This document shows, piece by piece, positions 9,912-20,914 of a stretch of 64,000 nt of DNA; positions within the stretch are counted from its first letter, which is position 1, and every line of letters starts with the position of its first letter. A model generated the notes under the pieces. It had not been told where the DNA came from, did not search any database, and worked only from the letters and a program-made list of their open reading frames with translations. Source of the stretch: an uncultured virus (IMG/VR IMGVR_UViG_3300030019_000024) (Duplodnaviria > Heunggongvirae > Uroviricota > Caudoviricetes). The translations under genes were made by a program, and so were the position numbers. The DNA lies in the IMG/VR virus record IMGVR_UViG_3300030019_000024. The stretch is one strand, 5' to 3'.

Positions 9912-10271
9912 ATGATAACAAAATATAACAATTTCATAAACGAAAATTCAAATACTGATGATTTAGAATTAACTAATTTCAGACAATCTATTGAAGGATA
10001 CGGTGAACCAAAAGAAAAATATTCATATTCTAATAATGAAGATGTGGATAAAACATATGATATAATAGAAAGTATTATATTTAATAATTTAGTTGCACAA
10101 AAAATGTTATCATATAATAATGAAGTTGATGCTGAATTGGATAATAACATTGAACAAGATTTTAAATTTTTAGATAGCGTTAATGCTGAATTTAGTAAAG
10201 GTGAATTAAATATTGGTGACACACCTAAAGATGTGTTTATTAAAGAATATATTAAACATTCCATGAAATAA
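9912..10271 (+). CDS. Hypothetical protein with N-terminal MITKYNNFINE motif
   Basis: Shared N-terminal motif. Confidence 0.65.
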   Translation: MITKYNNFINENSNTDDLELTNFRQSIEGYGEPKEKYSYSNNEDVDKTYDIIESIIFNNLVAQKMLSYNNEVDAELDNNIEQDFKFLDSVNAEFSKGELNIGDTPKDVFIKEYIKHSMK

Positions 10272-10320
10272 TTTTATTATTCCAAATATTTGTATTATCT
10301 TTGTATCAAATAAAAACAAT

Positions 10321-10830
10321 ATGGACAAACTAATATCAGAACTTAAAGACCAAACGGTTTCCCTTAAAGAACAATATATTGTTAAAACAATTGAATGGAC
10401 TGAAAAGGATTATAAACGTAATGTTGAAAAAGCATCATGGAATGAAGAACAATGGGCAAAACACTTAGGTGTTAGAACAAGAAATGTTGATGGATATATT
10501 TTATTTCATGATGGATTTTATAATACCAAGGAATCAAAGACATGGTATAATGAAAGAAATACTGCTATTAGTATTAAAAATTTAGGATTAGAAAAATATA
10601 CAGAAAAAAATGTCCGTGCTGCTAAGTTGCATTATGCAAATTCTATATTTAAATTAGCAGAACGAATTATAAAAAAAGGATTAGATAAAGATAATTTAAC
10701 CCTTAAAACTACCCACATTGGTGTCAATATTGATACAAATATCACCGATGGTGCAAACACTGTGAAAGCGTTTACCATATTAGCTTACGGTGATGTTCAA
10801 AGACCACATTATAGATACTTAGTAAAATGA
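10321..10830 (+). CDS. Hypothetical phage protein
   Basis: Follows TATCTTTG at 10296-10303; ends IxAxGxVQRPHYRYLVK. Confidence 0.65.
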   Translation: MDKLISELKDQTVSLKEQYIVKTIEWTEKDYKRNVEKASWNEEQWAKHLGVRTRNVDGYILFHDGFYNTKESKTWYNERNTAISIKNLGLEKYTEKNVRAAKLHYANSIFKLAERIIKKGLDKDNLTLKTTHIGVNIDTNITDGANTVKAFTILAYGDVQRPHYRYLVK

Positions 10831-11150
10831 AAGAATACTTAAAAAATAACATATATTGGTTATTATTTATTAACCAATTTTTCATATATAAACTTGAAAA
10901 AAAGTACAATGTAAGTATTTATTTAGCAGAAAGTACTATATCAAGTCATATGTTTTTAGATATTGAATTCGATTTTAAAGAAAGTGCATGGACTAAGGAA
11001 AATTTTAAACTTCATATTCATTCATCTAATGCTATCAATATGTTAAATGATAGAGAATATTTAATATCAAATATAGAACATGTTGTAAATGACCGAATAA
11101 ATAGTCGTATCGAAACAAATAAATTATATTCTAAAATAAATGGAAAATAA
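10827..11150 (+). CDS. Hypothetical protein
   Basis: ATGA overlap with previous ORF. Confidence 0.5.
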   Translation: MKEYLKNNIYWLLFINQFFIYKLEKKYNVSIYLAESTISSHMFLDIEFDFKESAWTKENFKLHIHSSNAINMLNDREYLISNIEHVVNDRINSRIETNKLYSKINGK

Positions 11151-11415
11151 TAAAAAAGAAATCGAAAAGAAAAATAGATTATTTGATTACCTTTTAAGTA
11201 TTGGTTTTGATAAGCTATTTATAGTGGATATAAATATTCATCCACAACATTTAATAATTTTTAGACATATTGAATTTTATCGTGAACAGATTTTAGTTTT
11301 TCCTAATTATGATGAATTGCAATACTATAATTATGAAATAGCAATGAAATTTCTTGATGATTGGGGTTACTTAGATGATAATGAACTAAAAATATTTAAA
11401 AAATTATTTTTGTAA
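11140..11415 (+). CDS. Hypothetical protein
   Basis: Coupled ORF. Confidence 0.5.
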   Translation: MENNKKEIEKKNRLFDYLLSIGFDKLFIVDINIHPQHLIIFRHIEFYREQILVFPNYDELQYYNYEIAMKFLDDWGYLDDNELKIFKKLFL

Positions 11416-11443
11416 ATTAATATATAAAGAAAAAATATTATAG

Positions 11444-11872
11444 ATGAAACATCTAAACACGTATAATGAAAATATGGATACACATTATGAAATTTTCAAA
11501 GGTGAAATAGAACGAATTGAAAGTATACCCGAAGATATTAAAATAAATGATTATATAAAATCTCATTTATTTCAAAAAGGTGGAAATTATTATTTTGAAG
11601 ATGACACTAATAGATTAATAAAAGTAGATATTCAGTTTGAAGGTGATGATATTATTATTTTAAAAGGTGAAAAATATAAATTATCAAAGGATGCTATATA
11701 TCCAGGTGCTATATATTTTGATTTACGATATCCTGATGAAATTAATGAATTATCTGAACATAACCGTGATTCCCATGTAGATTTTGGATATAAACTGCAT
11801 CTTAGTAATAATAAAGGTAGTAAATGGATAAACGGAAATGATTGTGACTTTGTTGCAAAAAAAATGAATTAA
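11444..11872 (+). CDS. Hypothetical protein with N-terminal MKHLNTYNE motif
   Basis: Shared N-terminal motif. Confidence 0.65.
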   Translation: MKHLNTYNENMDTHYEIFKGEIERIESIPEDIKINDYIKSHLFQKGGNYYFEDDTNRLIKVDIQFEGDDIIILKGEKYKLSKDAIYPGAIYFDLRYPDEINELSEHNRDSHVDFGYKLHLSNNKGSKWINGNDCDFVAKKMN

Positions 11873-11875
11873 TAT

Positions 11876-12196
11876 ATGAAAAAAATACAAACATTTAATC
11901 AACATATAAATGAAAATAAAACAAATGATGAAACAACACCCGAATATTATTTAAAACAATATAGAGATGATGAAGTATTCACAAGTATTAAAAGAATAAA
12001 ACGTGGTGAATTTAAAGATACCCAATATACAGGTCCTGAATATCGTGAATTATTCATGGAATGGTATAATAAAATAAAACCATACTTAGATAATAATGAT
12101 GAATGGGGTGCTTTGGAAATTTTAATTGATTGGGATGAAGAAACATTAGCAAAAATGGATATATACAGTTTAGTAAAAAAATATTTTAAAAAATGA
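11876..12196 (+). CDS. Hypothetical protein with N-terminal MKKIQTFNQHINE motif
   Basis: Shared N-terminal motif. Confidence 0.65.
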   Translation: MKKIQTFNQHINENKTNDETTPEYYLKQYRDDEVFTSIKRIKRGEFKDTQYTGPEYRELFMEWYNKIKPYLDNNDEWGALEILIDWDEETLAKMDIYSLVKKYFKK

Positions 12197-12771
12197 AACA
12201 TTTAAACACATACACAGAACATATCAATGAATGGGTATCAAACCTTTCAAAAGTAAGAAACTTTCCAACTTACGGTGATAGTAATAGGTTTGATGATAAA
12301 AAAGCTATTAAAAAATTTGAAAATGAAACAGATTTTTATTCTATATACAATGTAAACAAACATGATATTGGTAAATATCTTAATACATGGTTCAAAGGTA
12401 AACATTCAGAATTTAAAACTTATGTAACCAATGATGAAATGTGGACTGTTAAAAAAGTTGATAAAGATACAGCAATGCATTTGTATAATCAAGAATATAA
12501 TCCTGTTTCAATTAGAATTGTTTGTCCAACAGGTGTAAAATTCATTAAAAATGAACAAGGTGAAGATTTATATAATATGGTAGCAAGAATTCATTCAATT
12601 GATGATTCTTCATACGGTATATGGTTCAACCAAATACCATATTCAGAATTAGAAGATATTAGAACTAATATTATGAAATGGATGAACACTAAACCACTTT
12701 TAAACGGTGAAGAATTTTTAGATTATTGTGTTGAAATGGGTGCAGACCAAAATGAAAAGGATTATAATTGA
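12193..12771 (+). CDS. Hypothetical protein with N-terminal MKHLNTYTEHINE motif
   Basis: Shared N-terminal motif. Confidence 0.65.
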   Translation: MKHLNTYTEHINEWVSNLSKVRNFPTYGDSNRFDDKKAIKKFENETDFYSIYNVNKHDIGKYLNTWFKGKHSEFKTYVTNDEMWTVKKVDKDTAMHLYNQEYNPVSIRIVCPTGVKFIKNEQGEDLYNMVARIHSIDDSSYGIWFNQIPYSELEDIRTNIMKWMNTKPLLNGEEFLDYCVEMGADQNEKDYN

Positions 12772-13201
12772 TTTGTAGCATAAACTACTACAAAAATTAA
12801 TATTTGTAACAAAAACCACAAAATGATTTGTGGTTTTTTTATATATAATAAGTATTTATATAAAAATAAAACAAATACTATACGTGTATAACAAAATTCC
12901 GCACACTCAATACAAAGATTTTATTGTTTTTTTAAAAAATAACAACTTTTCTTATAAAAAAGAAAAAGAAACCCTTTTTTATAAAAAATTAAATCTAATC
13001 ATAAGAATAAATGCATCAACTGTTGATATTGATGTATTAACGGAATCACGATGTTATTCTTTTACAAGGGAAACGACATCAGATTTATTAATAACATTTG
13101 TTGGGTATTTTAATACAATGTCAGAACACGCTTAATTTTCCACACTAAAACAAAAATTGCTTACTAATTTTTATATATAATAAAAAATACAATAACAAAT
13201 A

Positions 13202-15670
13202 ATGTACTATTTATTAGATAAAAAATCAGACCAAACTTTAACAATAAATTTTCTTGGAACTGAACAGTTTAATGTTAGTGATAAACTTACATTGTTTTCT
13301 GAATCAATTAAAGGTATAACTACAATAACTTCGTATACAGATACAGTAGTAGGTGAAACACCTAATGTTTATTTAAAGAAATATTTTCAATATAGACGTG
13401 AAGGTGATAAAGAATGGAGTGAAATGTATACAATTGACAACATTACATCAATTCCAGTATTTAATAAAACTTACTTAAAGAAAGGTATTGAATATAAATT
13501 ACTTTTTTTTAGAATGGATGACGGTGGTGCAAACTCTAATGTGGTTATAAAACTATCTAATATATCATTTGGTGGAACATTTGATTATACAACATCTGAT
13601 TCACAATTAATAATAAGTCCTAACGATGATTCTCAGGTATTTGAAATTTCAGACGTTTTAAAGATATTTAAAATAGATAACTATGAAGTTATATCATCAT
13701 CTAAAATAGGTGTCACATATGACGTTAGCTATCGTTTTTCACAAGATAATAAGAGAACTTGGACTACATGGGAAAAACTAACTTTCGATAATATCAAAAC
13801 TGCTAAGATTGATAAAATAAGATTCGTTAATCTACAATATTTATTCAAATTAAAACCAGGTGTTAAAACATCTGTTAAAATATATGATGTTATTATATAT
13901 GGTGATATTCAAAATGTATCAGCAAATGCACTTAAAATAAATAGATTCGGACTTACAGAAAATAGCGTAAATTTATATAGTAAATCACCAAATATTACAA
14001 CCGAAACAAGTGGTATAAATAATAATTTAACTACTGCTAACGGTGGTGATTCAACAACACAAAGTTTAGTAAAAGAAAGTTCAGACTATCAATTACATAT
14101 GAATTTCTTAACACAAGGGTTAAGTTGTTATCTTAGTGCGGGTACCGTAGATGGGAAGACTGTTATTGATGATCTTGCTACACAAAATAAAGTAAATACG
14201 AACACACTATGGAACCCATATGAAATAAATAAAACAGTCGATTGGTATAATTTCTTAGCAGGTACAATAAATGAAATGTTAGGATTTAAAATAGATTATC
14301 ATAGAACTGATCCTGATGGTAGAGGTATTGATAAAATCATGTATGAATATCAACTATTTAATATTGTTGATGTTAAAATATTAAAAGTGTTAGTTCCCGA
14401 AAATAATTTTCCTGATAATCAAGTCGTTGTTAATCAATTTAACTTGGATTTATTTGATACATTTAAAATTTGTATTTTAAAAGATGAATTTAAGAATGCT
14501 TTTGGTGACCAATTTAGACCTGGTAAGGAAGATATATTATATTTCAGTCAAACAAATAGGATGTATATTGTTAAACACGCACAAGTACATAAAGATGTAA
14601 TGAATGCGGGAATATATTATGATGTTGTATTAGAAAAATATGAAAAACGTGCAAATGTTATTAATAAGATGGAAGAATCTAAAAGCAAAATTGATTCACT
14701 TACAGCAAATACCACAATCGAAGAATTGTTTGGTATTGATAATAAAGAACAACAAAATAAAATTGCAAATAAAGAACAAACTAAACCAAAATCACTTGAC
14801 TTTATTAGAGAAAGTGTTAATGTTAATTTAAAATATAAACTTAATACTATATTTAATGGTAATAATAAAGTAATGGAAAGTAATTATATATTAAGTGATA
14901 TACCAGCAAACCAAACTGCTATTACATATACAGTTGAAGATAATGTTATGATATCATCTGATAATCGTCTATTTTCTTTTTGGTTCAATATGCCAAATCA
15001 ATATGATACGGATAAAGCAATAACAAAACGTGTTATAGATAGTTATAATATACCTTCTAATGGGATATATAATTTTATTGATAATATGACATCTGACCAA
15101 ATAGGGTATAAAATATGGTATCAAAATGGTAAAATATGGTTTATGATGAATGAAAAAATATATACATTGGATGCAAATATATTTACTAATGTTTGGTATG
15201 TATTACTTATTAATTTGAATCAAAGAACAAGTGAAATTACTATGACTATTTATAGAAGAAATACTTCATTAGATTTATTATTAGTAAATCCTAAATCTTA
15301 TGAAATGATTCAATTAAATATTGACACTGACCAAATGGATATAGATTATGAAATAAGTGCAAATGGGTTTAAACCAATTAATACAATTGAAACTGAAATC
15401 ATAGAAACAGATTCTAAATTTATTCCAATGTTTACAAGTAAACAAGTTTTAAATGAAACATTTGAATTTAAGCATACTGAAAAACTATCAATAAAAGGTT
15501 CAAATATGTATTTAACGAACATTCGAATAATGAATGATTTAGTAAAAGAAGGTGAAGAAGATTATTTCTTAAATGAATTAATAGTTAGGGATGCACAATA
15601 TCTAATACTTGGTGATAATGGTGAAAAGCAAATTAAAACAACCAATTACACTAATAAAAATTGGAGATAA
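13202..15670 (+). CDS. Large virion protein containing a T4 gp14-like neck/head-closure domain
   Basis: Central GFKIDYHR...DKIMYEY...F.I.ILKDEF...RPGKEDILYF...MYIV resembles gp14-family motifs; beta-rich flanks. Confidence 0.55.
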   Translation: MYYLLDKKSDQTLTINFLGTEQFNVSDKLTLFSESIKGITTITSYTDTVVGETPNVYLKKYFQYRREGDKEWSEMYTIDNITSIPVFNKTYLKKGIEYKLLFFRMDDGGANSNVVIKLSNISFGGTFDYTTSDSQLIISPNDDSQVFEISDVLKIFKIDNYEVISSSKIGVTYDVSYRFSQDNKRTWTTWEKLTFDNIKTAKIDKIRFVNLQYLFKLKPGVKTSVKIYDVIIYGDIQNVSANALKINRFGLTENSVNLYSKSPNITTETSGINNNLTTANGGDSTTQSLVKESSDYQLHMNFLTQGLSCYLSAGTVDGKTVIDDLATQNKVNTNTLWNPYEINKTVDWYNFLAGTINEMLGFKIDYHRTDPDGRGIDKIMYEYQLFNIVDVKILKVLVPENNFPDNQVVVNQFNLDLFDTFKICILKDEFKNAFGDQFRPGKEDILYFSQTNRMYIVKHAQVHKDVMNAGIYYDVVLEKYEKRANVINKMEESKSKIDSLTANTTIEELFGIDNKEQQNKIANKEQTKPKSLDFIRESVNVNLKYKLNTIFNGNNKVMESNYILSDIPANQTAITYTVEDNVMISSDNRLFSFWFNMPNQYDTDKAITKRVIDSYNIPSNGIYNFIDNMTSDQIGYKIWYQNGKIWFMMNEKIYTLDANIFTNVWYVLLINLNQRTSEITMTIYRRNTSLDLLLVNPKSYEMIQLNIDTDQMDIDYEISANGFKPINTIETEIIETDSKFIPMFTSKQVLNETFEFKHTEKLSIKGSNMYLTNIRIMNDLVKEGEEDYFLNELIVRDAQYLILGDNGEKQIKTTNYTNKNWR

Positions 15671-15711
15671 AATAAAAACTGATAAGAAATTATCAGTTTT
15701 TCTATTTTTTA

Positions 15712-15743
15712 TTTGTTTATATGAAATTATTGTATTATCTTTG
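15712..15743 (+). promoter_or_regulatory. Bacteroidota sigma70-type promoter
   Basis: TTTG-20 nt-TATCTTTG; implies ORF start at 15769. Confidence 0.75.
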
Positions 15744-15768
15744 TGTCAAATTATATAAACTTAAATAT

Positions 15769-16653
15769 ATGGATAACAATATCAAACTGGATACATTTAT
15801 AACTTTTAACATTATTAATAAAAGTGCAAAAAAGTATAAGTTATATATGTGGTCTTGTGGTAAGATGGCACAAGAAGCTATAAATGATTTACCTAAGTAT
15901 CAAGCATTAAAAGATAGGGTAGTGTTAGCATGGGATGCTATTTCTTATGATATAGATGAAGTAGTATACCGTACTAAAACGAATTCAGAAGATTATGGTG
16001 TTATATATAATTTTAATCCTGCAACAAATACCGCACTAACACCTATTATACAAAATACAAGAGTTAGATTGGAACTTAGATTGTATGATTATAGTAATAA
16101 CCATGATACAAAAATAACATATGTTCATATGTGGTTACCAGGGATTGTAAAAATAAAACAAGTTAATGGATATATAGATGGTGAATATTTTAGAAGCAAA
16201 CTACTTGAAACATATGGTACTACAACGTGCTTAGTTTGTGAAAAAACACTTGGTGTAATGAAAAAAGGTGAAGATTTTTATGGATTATATTTTGATAGTA
16301 TAAAACTTATAAAAAACGGTGAAACGTTACCCGCACTTCCAGTTGTACTTGATTCTTCAAATATTGTTTATGAAGCAGAAATAATAAATCCGTTCCCCGA
16401 AAAGATAATCATCGAAAAGATGGACATTGAAAAAATGAACGTGGTTGAATTATTGAATTTAAAAGATAGAATAGATGAAAAATTATTTAAATATCAATAT
16501 GATTTCACAGATGATGAATATGGATTTTATCTTGAAAACGAAGATTTTATTAAACCTGAAAATATTAAAGAATTTTATAAAATATATTTAAAGGATAATT
16601 TTAAAATTAAAAAGATGCGAATCAGAAAGATATTAGAAAAAGAAATGAGCTGA
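15769..16653 (+). CDS. Hypothetical protein (start re-called to MDNNIK)
   Basis: In-frame ATG downstream of promoter; C-terminal KKMRIRKIL. Confidence 0.6.
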   Translation: MDNNIKLDTFITFNIINKSAKKYKLYMWSCGKMAQEAINDLPKYQALKDRVVLAWDAISYDIDEVVYRTKTNSEDYGVIYNFNPATNTALTPIIQNTRVRLELRLYDYSNNHDTKITYVHMWLPGIVKIKQVNGYIDGEYFRSKLLETYGTTTCLVCEKTLGVMKKGEDFYGLYFDSIKLIKNGETLPALPVVLDSSNIVYEAEIINPFPEKIIIEKMDIEKMNVVELLNLKDRIDEKLFKYQYDFTDDEYGFYLENEDFIKPENIKEFYKIYLKDNFKIKKMRIRKILEKEMS

Positions 16654-16676
16654 TAATTTATCAGCTCATTTCTTTT
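16640..16676. terminator. Bidirectional terminator between convergent genes
   Basis: AAATGAGCTGATAA-tt-TTATCAGCTCATTT. Confidence 0.75.
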
Positions 16677-17160
16677 ATAGTGTTAATAACTTTTTTATAT
16701 CCTTTGATGATAAATAAGTAAAAAACTTTTCTTTATTTTTAATTGTTATTGTTTCTAATGATTCTATGTTAGTTTTTATAATAGTAACATAATCAACCAA
16801 TTCATCTATTCCCTTCTTATAAGTCAAGTTTGGTTTGTAATATGACGGAAATTTATCTAAATACAATGATACGAATTTAGTAATTGATGATTTATTTATA
16901 TAAAGTTCATCATTAATGATGCTACTTTTTATTTGTAAGTAATCAATGATATCTTCATTGAACCTATGTACAAAATTATCAGTTTCTATTACTTTTAATA
17001 ACCCTATTACATAAGCATCATTTTCACTTAAAGAAACTGGTTTATTATTTTCCACAACTTTTTCAATTTCCTTTTCATCCTTTTCATATAAACAAAACTT
17101 TTTATATTTATCCCATAAACATCTTTGAATTATATCGTTAGGTGTAACGATTATTTGCAT
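16675..17160 (-). CDS. Hypothetical protein
   Basis: 161-aa ORF. Confidence 0.6.
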   Translation of the reverse strand: MQIIVTPNDIIQRCLWDKYKKFCLYEKDEKEIEKVVENNKPVSLSENDAYVIGLLKVIETDNFVHRFNEDIIDYLQIKSSIINDELYINKSSITKFVSLYLDKFPSYYKPNLTYKKGIDELVDYVTIIKTNIESLETITIKNKEKFFTYLSSKDIKKLLTL

Positions 17161-17164
17161 ATTA

Positions 17165-17485
17165 TTATAATTTGTTTTTTTCTAAAATGTTGTTACATTC
17201 TTCTAATTTTTGACAGGTTTGTAAAAACCCAACTTCTTCTAATATACTTAATGAAAACCATTCACCATATGTTTTAAAATGATTGTATCGGTTATGTAAT
17301 GTCCGTTCAATGGTTTGACCATGTTTTGTATCATACACTTCAACTATTCTTATTTCATAAGGACATCCCGTTTGTAAAGATTTTATTCTTTCATTAACAG
17401 AACCTTTTGTTGAACCTATTTTATACAATCTGCAATCAGGTGTATCAATCTTCAATAAATAAATTTTGTTTTCGTACTTTTTCAA
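17165..17485 (-). CDS. GIY-YIG / T5orf172-domain nuclease
   Basis: IYLL...YKIG.T...RIKSLQTGCP...E..LH...GEWF. Confidence 0.8.
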   Translation of the reverse strand: MKKYENKIYLLKIDTPDCRLYKIGSTKGSVNERIKSLQTGCPYEIRIVEVYDTKHGQTIERTLHNRYNHFKTYGEWFSLSILEEVGFLQTCQKLEECNNILEKNKL

Positions 17486-17535
17486 AATATAATCTTTTTT
17501 TATTATATATTCGAAAGTATTGAACCAAACACATA

Positions 17536-17844
17536 TTATTTAATATTTTCTTCTTCCACTATTTCTTTTAATTGTGTTTCAATTTGTACTTGAATTTCTT
17601 CTGGAATGACCGCTTCTTCATCCACTAATAATTCATCTTCATTTAAATCTAAACCAAGGTCAATTTCAATTTCACTGTTTTCTACAACTTCACCCGTCTT
17701 TTGTGTTTTTTCAAGCATTTGACGTTGTATGTCTAAATATTGTTCCAACATTCGTTGTTTATATTTACGTTGTCCAATATTAATTTCTTCTGTACGTTGT
17801 TTAGATTTTTTTTTATGTTCCTTTCTGTTTTTTGATACTCCCAT
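17536..17844 (-). CDS. Hypothetical protein (basic N-terminus, acidic C-terminus)
   Basis: 102-aa ORF. Confidence 0.55.
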   Translation of the reverse strand: MGVSKNRKEHKKKSKQRTEEINIGQRKYKQRMLEQYLDIQRQMLEKTQKTGEVVENSEIEIDLGLDLNEDELLVDEEAVIPEEIQVQIETQLKEIVEEENIK

Positions 17845-17906
17845 AATTATACTATTATTTTTTAATTGTTTATATCATATATCATATAATTATGATAAAG
17901 TTTGTA

Positions 17907-18200
17907 TTATTTTAAATATTCTTCTATTATTTTATCTTTATTCGGAATATTTTCATGTATGAAGAATACTAAATCATTAAAATATTCATAATCTTCAATT
18001 TTTTCTACTTCTAAATAATCTAATAATTTATCATCGGGGGATATTATTATATCACCTTCTTTATTAAACCAATACCCAACTTCGAATGCTTCATCTCGAA
18101 TCATTAAATTTAGTAATAGTGCTACCCCACTATTTACAATGTTTTGAACATCTAATAATGAAATACTTACTTCATTAAAATTTTCATTTTCATTTGACAT
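17907..18200 (-). CDS. Hypothetical protein
   Basis: 97-aa ORF. Confidence 0.55.
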   Translation of the reverse strand: MSNENENFNEVSISLLDVQNIVNSGVALLLNLMIRDEAFEVGYWFNKEGDIIISPDDKLLDYLEVEKIEDYEYFNDLVFFIHENIPNKDKIIEEYLK

Positions 18201-18256
18201 ATTTTTATAGTTATTTGTTTTTTATATATATAGCATAAAAATAAAATAGTTTTAAA

Positions 18257-18628
18257 ATGGCAACCGCAGATATTAGAGATTTTGTGATAAGAAGTGCAAC
18301 AAATGCAAGATATAGAGTTGGGAATGTAACTGAAAACAGACCGATTGAAGTATTACTTCAAAAGTTAGAAAATATACTACAATCGAATAAGGGTGATATT
18401 CTTGGTGATCCCGATTTCGGATGCAATTTAGAATATTATTTGTGGAGAACTGATGCACCAAAGGAATCCATTAGAAGGACAATCTATGAACAAGTAAATC
18501 AATATATACCCGAATTATTTTCTTATAATTTTAAGGCAGATGTTGAATTATACGAAGGAACTTACAGGGATATTATGTATGTAAATATTACAATACAAGA
18601 TAATGAAGTTAATTTTATTCTTAGATAA
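18257..18628 (+). CDS. Baseplate wedge gp25/GPW-like protein
   Basis: IL.S.KG..LGDPDFGCNL...I..QV..YIPE signature. Confidence 0.75.
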   Translation: MATADIRDFVIRSATNARYRVGNVTENRPIEVLLQKLENILQSNKGDILGDPDFGCNLEYYLWRTDAPKESIRRTIYEQVNQYIPELFSYNFKADVELYEGTYRDIMYVNITIQDNEVNFILR

Positions 18629-18643
18629 AAATATAATAAGAAT

Positions 18644-20839
18644 ATGAAAGTAAGTAAAAAAGAATTAAAAGAAAAGTATATAAATATTCTTTCAACAGAA
18701 AGGGTAAACGAAATATTAGATAAAAATAATAAGGGTGAAAAAATGCACCTAAATGAAAAAATCTGGTTTGATAACAAAATAGGTGTTAGAAAAGCGGGTA
18801 TGAAATTTGCATCAACAAGAACAGAAATAGAAGAATTTACTAAATGTAAAATGGATATTCACTATTTTGCAAATAAATATTGTCAAATTAAAAGAGAAGA
18901 TGGTACGATAGGTCCAATGAAATTACGTGATTATCAAAAAGATATGCTTAACTTATATCAGAATAAGTATTCACTTCTAATGGCATCAAGACAAACAGGT
19001 AAGACGATATCAGCAGCAATAACAATGCTACATTATGCGTTATTCAATACGAATAAAGGTATTATGATTGTAGCAAATAAAGGTAAAACAGTAGAAGAAA
19101 TTGTAGAAAAAATCAAGAGCATTTATATGTTACTTCCTTTCTTCTTAAAACGTGGTATAATCAATTGGAATTTAACAAGTATTATTTTTGATAATGGTTG
19201 TAGAATTAAAACTGAAAAAAGAACAAAAGAACCCGCAATTGGTTTTACTATTGATTTATTATACCTTGATGAATTTGCACACATTCCACAAAATATTATA
19301 GAACCATATTATACTGCTGTTATTCCAATTTTATCATCAGTAAATGATTCAAGACTTATTATTACATCTACCCCAAAAGGTATGAACTTATTCTATAAAC
19401 TATTAATAGATGCTGAATTACCACATGATGATCCAAATTGGAATGGGTTCCATGCACTACGTGTTTATTGGTGGCAGATTAAAGGTAGAAGGGATACTAA
19501 AATTTTCATGAATGAAGTTAAAATGAAGAAGTTTGGTATTACAAGAGATGACATTACAAAGATATTAGATGATTATGGATGTGGGTACTATTTCCAGACA
19601 GAAGATAATTTTAAGGGTATATATGTAAGGTATGATAAAGATAATGACCAATCTAAGCATGACTTTTTAATGCAACTGCTAATAAAAGATATACCAATAG
19701 TAGAATTTACCCGAATAACAAATTGGGAAAAACAACAAACTAAAATTATTGGTGGTGAAGATGGTTTCAAACAAGAATACGACCTTCAATTCCTAACAGG
19801 TAATAAATTATTATTTGATAGTGGATTCATTGAAGAATTATATGATGGAAAAATAGATATGGAATATCGTGACATTCCACAATTTAATAAACGTCTTAAC
19901 TTTTCATATAATGGGTTACAATTTGTTAAAAATTGTCCTGAATTATTTAATATGGATGATATTAAGAAATATCAAATATTTATAGGTATTGACTTAGCAG
20001 AAGGGTTAGGTGAAGATTATAGTGTATTTAATATATTTAGGTTAGTTCCTAAAACAGATGATGAAATAAGACGTTACAAGAGTAAATTCCTTGATATTTA
20101 TGATTATTTCAAATTAGAACAAATAGGTGTTTATAAAACAAATGTTTATTCTGTTGAACAGGTTGCACATGTTTTATATTTATTATCATTTGAATTCTTT
20201 AATTCTGATAATGTACGTATTGTTTTAGAAAGAAATACATATGGTGATACAATGTTAGCATATATGCCAAATGTATTTAAACAAGATAATGATTTTTCAA
20301 ATCACGTCTTCCTAAGATATAAAGCAAAAGCAGAAGATAAAATAGCTAAGATGGGTCTTAAAGTTAATAGAAATAAAAAGATGTTAATTAAAGATTATCA
20401 AGTTAATTCGAAGAAGGGTAATATGTTATTACATGATAAATTTACTATTCAAGAAGTTACAACATTTACTAAACACGATACACCAAGTGGTGAAATTACG
20501 TTTAAATCAGAATCAGGACATGATGATTTAATTATGAGTGCTATTACTTTATCAACAGCATTCTCACATATTGGTTATCGTGATGCTATTGATTCACTTA
20601 TTGAATCAATGGGTAATAAATTAAGTAAATTAATTACCGATTCAAAAGATAAAATAAACGAAGAAACACCCGATATTAATACTATTAGAGCAAGTTATAG
20701 TAAAATATATAAAAAACCTGCTCAAAATAATAACAATACAAGTGGTTATAATAGTAATAATCCTTTTAGCGGAAATAACCAAAATAATACCAATTTTGGA
20801 TCAATGATGAAAAGACAATTTGGTAACTTAAATTATTAA
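18644..20839 (+). CDS. terL: Terminase large subunit (T4 gp17-like)
   Basis: LRDYQ, Walker A SRQTGKT, Walker B LYLDEFAH, TSTPKG, nuclease GIDLAEG.G.DYS, GHDDLIMS. Confidence 0.95.
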   Translation: MKVSKKELKEKYINILSTERVNEILDKNNKGEKMHLNEKIWFDNKIGVRKAGMKFASTRTEIEEFTKCKMDIHYFANKYCQIKREDGTIGPMKLRDYQKDMLNLYQNKYSLLMASRQTGKTISAAITMLHYALFNTNKGIMIVANKGKTVEEIVEKIKSIYMLLPFFLKRGIINWNLTSIIFDNGCRIKTEKRTKEPAIGFTIDLLYLDEFAHIPQNIIEPYYTAVIPILSSVNDSRLIITSTPKGMNLFYKLLIDAELPHDDPNWNGFHALRVYWWQIKGRRDTKIFMNEVKMKKFGITRDDITKILDDYGCGYYFQTEDNFKGIYVRYDKDNDQSKHDFLMQLLIKDIPIVEFTRITNWEKQQTKIIGGEDGFKQEYDLQFLTGNKLLFDSGFIEELYDGKIDMEYRDIPQFNKRLNFSYNGLQFVKNCPELFNMDDIKKYQIFIGIDLAEGLGEDYSVFNIFRLVPKTDDEIRRYKSKFLDIYDYFKLEQIGVYKTNVYSVEQVAHVLYLLSFEFFNSDNVRIVLERNTYGDTMLAYMPNVFKQDNDFSNHVFLRYKAKAEDKIAKMGLKVNRNKKMLIKDYQVNSKKGNMLLHDKFTIQEVTTFTKHDTPSGEITFKSESGHDDLIMSAITLSTAFSHIGYRDAIDSLIESMGNKLSKLITDSKDKINEETPDINTIRASYSKIYKKPAQNNNNTSGYNSNNPFSGNNQNNTNFGSMMKRQFGNLNY

Positions 20840-20859
20840 CTACTATTAACTACTATTAT

Positions 20860-20890
20860 TTTGACTAATAGAATTTTTGTACTATCTTTG
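20860..20890 (+). promoter_or_regulatory. Bacteroidota sigma70-type promoter
   Basis: TTTG-19 nt-TATCTTTG. Confidence 0.75.
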
Positions 20891-20914
20891 TGTCATAATC
20901 AAATCCAAAAAATT

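Noticed and set aside
18644..20839. Intein or intron in terL
   Set aside because: The insertion between ATPase and nuclease regions lacks intein C/S...HN ends and LAGLIDADG motifs, and the frame is continuous
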